Positions 27,767 through 39,847 of a DNA stretch of 64,000 nt are shown here, piece by piece. The DNA is from Octopus bimaculoides (lineage: Eukaryota), in the NCBI RefSeq assembly GCF_001194135.2, contig NC_069000.1, positions 7,804,040 to 7,868,039 on the forward strand, in the 5' to 3' direction. Every line of letters starts with the position of its first letter. Position 1 is the first letter of the stretch. Made by a program: the position numbers and the translations under genes. The notes beneath the pieces were generated by a model. That model saw nothing but the letters and a program-made list of their open reading frames with translations, searched no databases and was not told where the DNA came from.

Positions 27767-29649
27767 GAGGTGGAGGAGAAAGAAGAGGAGGAGGAGAAAG
27801 AAGAAGAAGAAAAGGATGAAAAGGAGGAGGTTGACGGGGATGATGCTAATGATGATGATGATGTGATGGGGAAGTTCAAGAAGAAGAAGAAACTCACCAT
27901 GTTTTTGAGTTACCATGGCAATGCTAATTATAAACAGAGTTCATTAGGTGTGGAATGGGTTGCCACGATAATATAGAATTTCCTCTCATCAAACGAACTG
28001 AGGTGTTTTAAAGTACAATTTAAAGTACGGTTTAAAGTATGGTTTACTGATTTCTGACATGAATATCCCTTGATATCCCTAATTACTTAAACGGTTCAAA
28101 TTTTGGTTGCAGCAGTGTGACGTTAGCAACGCTTTGGTATCAGGACGTCTTCTTAAACTAAGGGAAATTTAACTCTGTTTGCATCACTTTAAAGCCATGT
28201 TGCTCAAGATGAATGCCACAACGGCACAGACTGAGGGAGGGATGGTATTATTAAGCCTTGCCCTTCTTCTATTTCAGTGTGGTTTTTTTTCCTTCATCGT
28301 TGCCTCCATCTATCTCGTTAAGAGATGATGCGGTGTTGTTGTGACTACACTCGCTACACCCTGTCACCACCACCACCACCACCACCACCACCACCACAGC
28401 TGCCGCCACTGCACTGCCAGCATGTGGAAGATGGAGTTAAATGATGGAAAGAAGGGGTGTGGTGGGATGGGGTAGGGTAGATTAGAAAACAGCTGAACCT
28501 TAAGTGTGCCAGGAAGGGTGTAGTGCTGGGTGGAGGGAGAGAGAGAGAGAGAGAGAGGAAAAGAGAGAGACACACAGATGGCTATCACATTTGATTATGA
28601 TAACATATAGCATAGTATCACAGTGTGTATGGATGTGTGTATATATATATATATATATGTGAGTGTATGTGTGTGTGTTGTGATTATTATCACTGGACCC
28701 ATGAAAAGGATGAGTTCTCCATAGGGCTTTTTTGCTACTAATAAACACACACACACACACACACACACACAGTAGAGTACCTGTGCCATCAATAACGACA
28801 ACAAATATGTTTATCTTACTTAAATATATATAAAAGAAAGATAATAAAATGGAGTAAAAATATAGAAAACCACGTTTATTTTTAAATACAGATATTTACA
28901 TGTTTGCTGTTGCATTACAAATTCTTGTATTTCTCCTAGCTTCTGTTATTAAAAGGTCTACTTGTATTCCATTCTCTTTCAGGTTCTTGAATTCTTCAAG
29001 ATGCCTTTCTCTTAGATCTCTCTTTAAACTTGCATCCTCCACTGTTCCATTTTGGTATCTCTGTGATGCCTGTTCTCTCAGATCTCCCCTCTTTTAATTT
29101 CTGTCTTCCACAGCTCCATTTTGGTATCTCTTTCAGCCTCATTCATTCTTCACTGTGTTCACTTACAGCATCAACTCATTCCTGTGAAGCACAGCAATAT
29201 CTTTATATTTATTTCTCCTCTTAGCTCTAATTGCTCTTCAGATAATCTTGATTATTGCTTTCTTTGTTCTCCTCTTGCTAATCTTCATTCCTTTAGGAGA
29301 GGTGTCTCCAACAGGGGGAATTAGAAGAGCACCCTCAGCACACACACACACACACTCTTTCCCTCTCTCTCTCTCTCTCACTCACACACACAGACACACA
29401 CACACCTTTTCCTCTCAGGTTTAGGGCTACCGCCATTAATATTGGAATGGTGAAAAGTAAGTCAAGAGAGTTTGAGTTGATGTTTGTTGTATTCAAGTGG
29501 CAAGATGGAGGGGAGCCTCACAAGCTAGAGGCAAAGGTACAAATTCTTTTAGGTAGGTAATAGCAGTAGGGTTGGTGAAGTTGGCATACAGTTTAGTTGA
29601 GAAAGGAGCAGATAAAGTAATTGAAGTGGTCAGAGTATGTTATAGAGTA

Positions 29650-30440
29650 ATTAAACTTAGTTTAGTCCCAGACAATAATGACAATTGTCTCTGCATGTAC
29701 ACTACAAACATAGCTGACTGACAAACATATTAGAACCATGGCAGGTTTTACATCCCAACTAGACCAAATGTGATGTTATAATGGAATGATTTGGTAGAAA
29801 GAGCCATAACAGCTAAGAGACAGACTTGGAAAGACTGGAAGAAAAGGAGCAACAAGAATAACATCAAGTAACTAGAAAAAACTAGGCATCAAGTTTAGTT
29901 AGAAAGGGGAAAAGCAGAAAGTAAGGGGTTCACACATGATCTGTAATGTGAGGATCAGAAGTGTGAGGTATTCTGGATTACAAGATTGGGACACAGAAAC
30001 ACAAGATGCCATTGAGGAGGAGTGTATTGAGAATGACAGCAGCACACTTGCTCTTATTGCTAGGGAAAAGAAAGAAGCATAGAATTGCTATTACAAGAAA
30101 TTACATGAGAGGAAAAAATCTGGCTCTAACTTGATTTGTTTGGTAGAGGTAGGCCCTGTTTCTCCCAGGGGGACCAGCCATTAACAGCAGAACAATAGAA
30201 AGAGAAGTGCTTGGATTTGAAGATAAGGAAAGCAGCTAGACCATTGAGTGTAGTTACTGAGAGATTAAAAAATGTCTGGTGAGGAAAGTCACATGCTAGT
30301 CTTGTGGCATAGTTAATCAGGGAGTAGGGGAAAATGTCATGCCCAGTGACTGGTGTCGCAATATCACTGTAAAGTGCTACAAGAGCAAAGGGGATGCAGT
30401 GGAGAGAGGAACCTACAGGAGCATCAAATTCATGGATCAG
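29650..30440 (+). mobile_element. RTE LINE relic (region upstream of RT)
   Basis: Degenerate WNDLVERAITAKRQTWKDWK ... CYKSKGDAVERGTYRSIKFMDQ. Confidence 0.7.
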
Positions 30441-31173
30441 ATTTTTCTAATATCCTGCTTTTTCCTCTCGATTCATAACCACAAAGACTCGTGTGTGTGT
30501 GTGTAACAACAGCAGTACTGCCTCATAAATGTTAGCTGTACTTCAATGTTATGTAGAGTTTATAAATAATCAGGGTTGAATTATTTCCTGGTTCTAAAGA
30601 GAAATTTTAAATAGTGCCAGTCCAATGCTCTGATGGTTCTGCCAAGCCATCAACCGTAAAATCATTGACATGACATAACCAGAAAACAGTGGAAACCATT
30701 TTGAATTAAGAAAAAAATAGAAAAGAACAAGTCTAGCCCTTGACAGATGATTAAGGTCCAGTTTAATGAGAGCAATAACCACACCCAATAACCTTTCATA
30801 TTAGTCGGTCGGTCGGCAGAGTTGTTATCAGAAAATCCAGTTTGGCTAATAACAAATACCAGAGATGTTTTCATTATTCAGGATAATTGTTGCAAAATTT
30901 CAGAAGCATTATCTTGGAAAAACTGGGGGAAAGCTTTTGGAAATTGTTTGTAAATGTGTCATTTTTTTTAATGACACATTGAAAGATGAACTAATCACCA
31001 TTTTCTACACACACACGTGTGTGTGTGTGTGTGCGCGCGTGTCCATACATACATACATACAAACACACATATATAGATGCACACATACACGTGTGTGTAT
31101 GAATATATATATGTGTGTATGTATATATACATATATATATATATAAGCGGATGTTAAACGACGACGACGACGA

Positions 31174-31207
<34 letters not shown>

Positions 31208-31754
31208 CATGGGTTGGACGATTTGACTGAGGACTGGTGAACCAGATGGCTACACCAGGCTCTAATCTGATTGTGTTACACACACACATATATATTTACA
31301 CATATATATATATATATATATACTCATGTCCATTATCCGCAAATCTTTCATCACACACCTGTGATCTCTTCAGTAACACTTTCCAGCTTCATGTGTGCTC
31401 TTGCTCCACTTGGAGAACAGAATAAGTGGACCAAGAGCACTCATGAAGATGAAAAGTGTCGCTGAAGAGGCCACAGGTGTGTAACGAAAGATTTCTGAAC
31501 AATGGACATGAGTTAGAATAAGAATAGTAATAAATGAGTGAAGAACAAATATATAGTGTGCGTGTATTTATTTGGCAAAACAAAAATATGGCCATCCCAT
31601 GTGGAGTGGTTGGCGTTAGGAAGGGCATCCAGCTGTAGAAACTCTGCCAAATCAGATTGGAGCCTGGTGTAGCCATCTGGTACACCAGTCCTCAGTCAAA
31701 TTGTCCAACCCATGCTAGCATGGAAAGCAGACGTTAAACAATGATGATGATGAT

Positions 31755-31792
<38 letters not shown>

Positions 31793-32268
31793 NNNNNNNN
31801 NNNNNNNNNNNNNNNNNNNNNNNNNNNNNNNNNNNNNNNNNNNNNNNNNNNNNNNNNNNNNNNNNNNNNNNNNNNNNNNNNNNNNNNNNNNNNNNNNNNN
31901 NNNNNNNNNNNNNNNNNNNNNNNNNNNNNNNNNNNNNNNNNNNNNNNNNNNNNNNNNNNNNNNNNNNNNNNNNNNNNNNNNNNNNNNNNNNNNNNNNNNN
32001 NNNNNNNNNNNNNNNNNNNNNNNNNNNNNNNNNNNNNNNNNNNNNNNNNNNNNNNNNNNNNNNNNNNNNNNNNNNNNNNNNNNNNNNNNNNNNNNNNNNN
32101 NNNNNNNNNNNNNNNNNNNNNNNNNNNNNNNNNNNNNNNNNNNNNNNNNNNNNNNNNNNNNNNNNNNNNNNNNNNNNNNNNNNNNNNNNNNNNNNNNNNN
32201 NNNNNNNNNNNNNNNNNNNNNNNNNNNNNNNNNNNNNNNNNNNNNNNNNNNNNNNNNNNNNNNNNNNN
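31793..32268. other. Assembly gap (other gaps: 24392-24536, 37210-37314, 63407-63517)
   Basis: N runs, mostly bounded by (TA)n. Confidence 1.
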
Positions 32269-32480
32269 GTACGTTCTGTCTTATCTTCGAAACGTCTAGT
32301 TAGAATAGAGACAGCTGATGAAGGGATATTCCAAGTGGCTTTCCGTTTTCCTATGTGTTCGTTCCGTTGTCTGTAGTTCATTATTCTAACGTCCTGTACC
32401 CTGATATGCATATATATATATACATGTAGATGTAAGTATGTACATATATGTGTGTATACATGTATATATATTCTTTGTAT

Positions 32481-32527
<47 letters not shown>

Positions 32528-33776
32528 GGATTTTTTATTGGTTTCAATCTGTGGAAGGAAGGGCTTGTTGCAGGTGGGGCAGGGGTATACTCAAAGGTTT
32601 GCTCAACTAGGTCAACCCCAGGATTACTTTGAAACCCTATTTATCAAACCACTAAGTTCTGAGATATAAACAGATACACACACACACACACGCACAAACA
32701 CACAACACACATACACATGTACACACATACACATGTACACACATATATGTGCTGTGGTCTTTCTTACCATTTCCATCTACCAAATTCAGTCCCAAGGCAT
32801 TGATCAGCCTGTGAATGCTCAAGGTGCCATATTGTGGGACTGCATCCAAAATCACATGGTTGCATCTTCACTGAATAGCAGTACCACAAATTTTTAATGA
32901 TGTAATATTTGCATATCTTATTCCCAAAACAGCTGTCATATCCTGTAAGTCAAGTGACTACATTCCAAATATAGCTGTCACATCCTTCTCTTTATGGACT
33001 TCCATTTTGTGGAAACTGCTTGGCAGTGATGTGGTCAGGGAGTACAGAGTCCAACGTGTGAGAACTCATGCTGTGGTGGTCATGGTGTGTGCAGTTGGAG
33101 AAGATGGAGTTGATGTTGTGTTGGTCATCAGTGTGTCTGTGGATGTGTGTGTGTGTGTAAGAAAGAGAGAGAGAGAGAGATACAATTTAGAATTCAATGA
33201 AGATGGAAGTTATGTCGTTTAAAGAGAAGCTAATTTCATTGATCTCATCTAATCCCTGACACTGATCCATGACTAGATAATTAAGGACTAGATGATTAAT
33301 GTGGTGATAATGAAGAATGTGTCTGTTGTTAATGAGAGGCAAACATTGTTTTACAATGTTTGAATCAACCAAAACAAGAGACAGCTCAAAATAATTTTGT
33401 TTTAACTGTGTTGACACATTCAAGTCCAGATGATTTCAATCATGTAAAATTAATGTAGCAAGGAATAGTTTGACCTTTGTCAGACAGGAGTGACAACTTT
33501 AGACATGTCTTTGTATTGTTAGAGCTCCTTAGGTAACAGAAAGTGAAGAGAAGGATGGTGTAGTGTTTAGTAGAAGGGATGACAAGTCTATGCATGTTTT
33601 GGTCTTATTAAGCCTCGTTAAATAAGAAGCAATGTAGTGAGAAAGTAGTGACAAATCTGGATATATGACTGTGTGACCTCTTTTTTTTTTTTTTTGGCAG
33701 GGGCACTTCAACCCTACCTCAGTCCTTTGAAGGGTCATACTTTAATCAAATCAGCCATTGTTTTCTCTTTGCTTGG

Positions 33777-33940
33777 TTAACCCTTTCGCATTCAGATTAC
33801 TCTGGCAAATGTAATGTTTATTTATTCATATTGTCTTGAATTAATCATGCATTATCTCATAACTTTGAAATTTTGATGATGTAATTGTATATTATTAGAA
33901 TGACATTGTAGGGTAGGTGTGAAAGGCCAGATCTGGATGG
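33777..33940 (+). mobile_element. piggyBac-type MITE (TTAA-CCCTTT end); related pieces at 1-140, 400-620, 40412-40614, 56575-56785, 56990-57070
   Basis: Recurrent TTAACCCTTT(A/C)GCATTCAGATTA / AATGCTAAAGGGTTAA termini with a shared internal sequence. Confidence 0.65.
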
Positions 33941-34411
33941 TTGCCAATGTTTCTCATCAATCTGCTTAACATGTTCTCTTTGAATCTCATTCTTTTCCTT
34001 TTCTTCATTTCCAGTCTTCCTCAACTGTTCTTTATTCACTGCCTTCATTAGCTTTCAACACCACCACCACAACCCTCATCAAAATCATCACAATTATTAT
34101 TATTATTATTATTATTATTATAAACATGTAGATTTATTCATAGTGTGTGCAGTAAACTCCTCTGAGGAAGATACAACAGGGATGGTAATTTTACATAAAA
34201 GTCAGTGAAAGCCAAAGGTCAGATTGTGTATGATTGAGGTCAAAGGCAGGGCAATGATTAATTCCATAAAGGTTCAGATAAAAACCTTTCCCTACCAACC
34301 TGTTCCCCCTGTCACACCTTAAATATCAAATATTTAAATGTCGCTTCTTAAATAAACAACTCTCTAGTATAGATTTCAACATTTCTAAAACTAATTTTCT
34401 GATAAATGAAA

Positions 34412-34454
<43 letters not shown>

Positions 34455-35434
34455 AAAGGAAAAAAAAGATAATAAGGTTGAATGCTAAACTGAAAGCATA
34501 TTTTAGTATAAATGGGCTTTCAGTTTAGCATTCTGCCTTATTATTATTATTTTTTCCTTTCCTATCATTTCTCCACGTGCGGTTAACACAACCACACCAT
34601 TTACTGACCTATATATATATATATTTATTTATTTATTTATTTATAGGTGTGGCTGTGTGGAGATATGACATAATTTTCAGTTGCATCTTCAAGCACCAAG
34701 GGTTTAACTGTCTCATTTGGTTATTAGGTATTTCATAACCATCTGTTCTTGGATTGCAAATGCATAGCCTTCAAAGTGTGATATGATATAGATGTCACGA
34801 ATCTAAGAGAGGTTGTACTTGATGTCAATATTACTGTAGCCTTCAAGTGTTTGGTATGCTGAGTGTTTTATATCCATGTCTTCTTACTGTATGTATATGT
34901 CTGAGAGCGCACACGTCTACATGCGCACACACACACTTATACATATGCCAATGGGCACTCCTGTATCACTCTCTTGCCATTCAAACAATAATTTCTTCTC
35001 ACACGCCCAGTTAGACTGAGGCTGAGCATTTGGCCTAATCCACACGTGTTTGTTCTTGATTCTCTCTTCTCTTTTCCTCTTATCCATTTCTTCTCAGTCT
35101 CTCCCAGACCTTCCTTCAGTATCTGCTGAAGAGCTATGTCTGAAATATTATACTTTTACAATCTCATGTTTTTCCTTCTTTGAGTGTCAATCTAATTATA
35201 TTCACTGGGAATACGCCTTGGACTTTCGTTTTTTGTAAGTTGTATCTGTTTTGCTATATACATATATATGAGAAGGTGCATGCACTAGCGTAGATAGTGT
35301 GTGTGCCACCTGGAGTAGCCCTTCCGTTTGCCACCCCTGGGCCCCACAGATAAACACATATTGCCTACAGCAGATCCATTAAAAAAAATATATTTGTAAT
35401 TTTTATTTTTAATATGATTTTTAACACTCTCTGA

Positions 35435-35592
35435 GTGGTTGGCGTTAGGAAGGGCATCCAGCTGTAGAAACTCTGCCAAATCAGACTGGAGCCTGGTGTT
35501 GCCATCCGGTTTCACCAGTCCTCAGTCAAATCGTCCAACCCATGCTAGCATGGAAAGCGGACGTTAAACGATGATGATGATGATGATGATGA
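35435..35592 (-). mobile_element. Short retroposon family C with (GAT)n end; others at 9955-10108, 24630-24800, 31206-31272, 31606-31752, 47100-47230
   Basis: Near-identical core GCTGGATGCCCTTCCTAACGCCAACCAC adjacent to trinucleotide tails. Confidence 0.85.
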
Positions 35593-35638
35593 TAAGTGTT
35601 GTAAAGAATGACTGGTAGAGTGGAAATGGCATATTATT

Positions 35639-35697
<59 letters not shown>

Positions 35698-36993
35698 TGT
35701 GTGTGAGTGTGAACAATTAGAAAAAAACAAAAAACAAACAAACAATTCTTTATAAATATAAATTTTATATATATAAACATATATTTATAAAGAATTGTTT
35801 GTTTCTTTTTTTCTTTGTGTGTATAGTAAAATTCAGTCATGCATGTATATATGATTGAATCAAGTGTGGTTTTTATAGGATTCCTTCTCTAATTTCAGTG
35901 GAAAATAGACAAAAATATGATGAGAACCACCACATCAAACAAACCACTTTAGACAGCTAGCCTTGAAATATGGAGAGAGTGAGAGAGAGAGAGACTATGA
36001 CAACATAGTCTTTAAAGTTTAAACATATACATTTGGTGGGGAACTACACAAAGGAGGAGAATAATTGCGGCTCATTACAATTCAAGAAGCGTGTATTAGT
36101 GCAATGTCTCACAATGTTTATAAAACGTTGCCGTAATAATGTTACTGTACACACAGATCTACTTTGCACTGCTGGATGTTTCCTTCGTCGTGGCTGGGAA
36201 ATCCTAAAAGCTTCATGGCAGAGATTTGAATGCAATAAGGGAGGTAACTCCATTTACAGCTTCACTTTGGAAATATTCGTTCTCGTGGCTGAGTGATAAT
36301 ATCATCTTGGTTTTTAAAATTATCCATCGACCCCAGTGCGTAACTGGTACTTAATTTATCGACCCCGAAAGGATGAAAGGCAAAGTCCCACTGTATGATA
36401 TCTTCTATAGTTCTAGGTTGACCAAAGCCTTGTGATTGAATTTGGTAGACAGAAACTGAGGGAAGCCTGTTATATATATATCTGTGTGTGTGTGTGTTTG
36501 CCCCCTACCACCGCTTGACAACCAGTGTTTGTTTGCTTTTTTCTGTAACTTCACAGTTCAGTAAAAGTGACTGATAAAATATCAACAACTGTTGTTTGCA
36601 GAGTTCTTGTTGAGATCCAATGATGTCAGTCCAAGCTGAAGATTGATTAAACACAACTACGCAAGAATAAAGTCTTCAAATTTATTTACAAAATAACAAA
36701 TGAAATTAAAAAATTGTAGAAAAAAAGTTTAAGACAGAAAAAAAAGTAAAATCAACAGAGTCAGTGTTCTTGGATTTCTTCTAATAATGGTACTGTCCCT
36801 CCACGAGAGGGGGCGAGAGAGATAGAGAGAGGATATATATATATTATGTAATTAGTTTAAAGTGTAAGAACTCTCTCGGTGTTGGTTCTTAAAAGAGAAA
36901 CTGTTTGTGAGTCTATATAGAGACAGGTGTGCATGCATGTGTTATGAATATTTGTGTGCATATATATAAGCATATATACATATGTATGAATGT

Positions 36994-37030
<37 letters not shown>

Positions 37031-37076
37031 TGTGTGTGTGTGTGTGTGTGCACACACGTGTATGTTATGTAATTAC

Positions 37077-37187
37077 TGTAAAGTGAAGATATCTGTCAGT
37101 TCGTGTCAACTGAGACATTAGTGAAACTGATTGAAAGACTCCATTAGTTACTGATTTGACAACTACTTTGTCCATCTTGTTGGGTAG
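37077..37187 (-). CDS. Candidate 111-nt exon (LPNKMDKVVVKSVTNGVFQSVSLMSQLTRTDRYLHFT)
   Basis: tcttcctatag acceptor, ACA|gtaatt donor, phase 0->0 frame open, the other two frames closed. Unrecognised product. Confidence 0.35.
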
Positions 37188-37803
37188 CTATAGGAAGATT
37201 AGTGTGTATNNNNNNNNNNNNNNNNNNNNNNNNNNNNNNNNNNNNNNNNNNNNNNNNNNNNNNNNNNNNNNNNNNNNNNNNNNNNNNNNNNNNNNNNNNN
37301 NNNNNNNNNNNNNNATATATATTCACACGATAGATTTTGCATGTTTTACACACACACAGAAAGACTTTAATGTACATATACCATTAGGTTACTGTCTGCA
37401 GTGTATTACATATAAACTTAATTTAAAGCATATTCATTTTTTTCATTTTATTATCAATAAAAATTATCTAGCAGTAAATATATGACAGATTATATTATAT
37501 ATACATAAACACACACACACACACACATGTACACAAAAGTATATATATTAATATATATATACACCAAAATATGGAGACACACACACATATATAGTTTTAC
37601 AGAGATACATATATATGCACACTTACACACATGGACGTATACGTATATATATACACTACTGGGTTTTCTTGGTTTTGCTTATGATTAATTTTCTGTTCAT
37701 ACAATCATTATTAAAACACGTAACTGCCCCTTCATGCAAATATACATACATACACGCACACACATCATTATCATTTGCCTTCCATGCTGACATGGGTTGG
37801 ACC

Positions 37804-37834
<31 letters not shown>

Positions 37835-37953
37835 CACACATAAAGAGGACCCGTTGTGAAAAACAAGACCTACTAATTTTGAGGGATTATTTTTATATCT
37901 TAGAGCAGCTAAGTTTATGCAGAACTGATAGATATAAGGTAGATAGGTAGAAA

Positions 37954-37999
<46 letters not shown>

Positions 38000-38175
38000 A
38001 CGACGAAAACACTCTAGCAGTGTTCAGCAATGAAATGGTTGGCAGGTTATTGTTACTGTTGTAAAAAGAGTTGATATGTAAAGCAGACAATTGGGAGTCC
38101 AATATATTATTATCTAAATCTGCCCTATGTTTAATTAGTAGAAAGAGAGAGAGAGAGAGAGAAATTTAAATAAAC

Positions 38176-38214
<39 letters not shown>

Positions 38215-38278
38215 AAGAAAGAAAGAAAGAAAGGAAACCATTTCTTGAAGGGTGAGAATAAATACGAAGTGGCGAGTA

Positions 38279-39806
38279 TTAACTGGTTTCTTCCAGGGCA
38301 GTCATCAAGTCTGTCATGGTAACTTCCTCAATGTCTCCACCACCATCACCTTTCTCCGTCTTGAACTGTTGGTGCCAATGTTTGGTAGGGTTCTGTTGTT
38401 GCTTGTGGAATGTTCTCACTGAACCTTTACCAAAACAGATGTTTTTAGGAATCCTGAAATAGAATGGAAAAGAAAAAGAAAAGGAAAATGGCATTACATT
38501 TGACTTTAATCGCTGATCTAACACCAAATGTCAAATCTCTGAGCTAAAGATGTTGGACTCGTAATCCTAAATCTCAAAAAAGTGAGGGGTTCAAATACTA
38601 GAGCAAGCATTATATGTTGCACAAAGACAAAGGTCAGCAGACATGACCCGTTAGTGTGACTTCTCTGACAAGAGATGAAGAGGAGGGACTTACTGTCTGC
38701 TTCAGTCAGAGGCAACATATCAAGATGTTGAATAACATGCAGACCAGACACCCGATCCTACTAAAAGCACCTAAAGGCTACCCTACAGCACTGACAGGCT
38801 GGCAACCCTGGTATGTATATCTGTGCGGTACACAGCCACTTGTATGTTAATTTCACAAGCTGGTCTCTAATGATGACTCTCTAGTTGTGAGATAAACAAC
38901 AACCACAATTCTAAGCTATAGACATTGACAATTACTTACTTGTTATATTTCTTTGTGGTGGTGGTGGTGGTGGTTGTTGTTGTTGTTGGTGGTGTTGCTG
39001 TTGCTGTTGTTACTTCCATGTTGTCCACTTTACTCTCTGTCTTATCTTCTGTCTCTGCTGTTACACTTTTACTGCAACAACAATTGTTAAACAGTCATTT
39101 AATAACTGAAAATCTATCACCAAAATCAGACTTCAAGCATTTTAGAAAGGGAGGAGTCATTCTATTAACCCTCAATATATCACTGGTATGAACGTTAGCA
39201 TGCAGGACAAAATGCTTAGCAGCATTTCGAGTTCAAATTCCGCTGAGGTTGACTTTGCCTCTCATCCTTTCAGGGTTGATAAATTAAGTATCAGTTGCGC
39301 ACTGGAATGTCTGTGTGTCCATCCTTTTACTTAATATTTGGATCAAAACAGTATTTGTTGACTGTAAAGGAAACAATTCCATGGCAACAATTAGTTGCAC
39401 ACTCTTATTATAGTGTTAGAGGTGGTAATAAGTTGGTACTAGAAGTAGGCAGGGGTAAATTGAGGAAGGAAGTTTGATGTGCAGGAAATAAAGAGTAAGA
39501 GACAGAGATGCAGGGATAGAGAGGGAAGGAGAGAGGGAGACAGACAGAAGGAGAGAGGAAAAGAGACAGAGGAAAGAGGGATGGGAGAGGCAGAAGGAAG
39601 GAGGGAGTATAAGAGTGATTTAGTAAAAGCATCAATCTTACCATTTATTTTTCTGTTTATCAAATCGGAAGTTGGCAGGATATTTATGACATTTAATCAT
39701 GTGTTCCTTCCTGTCTTGAGATGTCTGGAATTTCTGTCCACATGCTTCCAGTAAGCAGCTAAACTGTAACAGAGTTTGGAGATACAATTGGTAAGAAAGA
39801 GGTTTG

Positions 39807-39847
<41 letters not shown>

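Noticed and set aside
27542-27976. 144-aa Asp/Glu-rich ORF resembling an acidic chaperone
   Set aside because: (GAT)n/(GAA)n repeat, open in multiple frames, no splice or homology support.
28880-29330. Purine-rich coiled-coil-like reading on the minus strand
   Set aside because: Multiple stops and an internal duplication; probably decayed repeat, family unassignable.
31734-32411. Long ORFs spanning N gaps (also 24341, 37144, 63122 onward)
   Set aside because: Artefacts of translating N runs and (TA)n.
38518-38760. ORF and GTAAGT donor in the last ZNF511 intron as an extra exon
   Set aside because: No acceptor gives an open phase-2 frame; exon 5 joins exon 6 cleanly.
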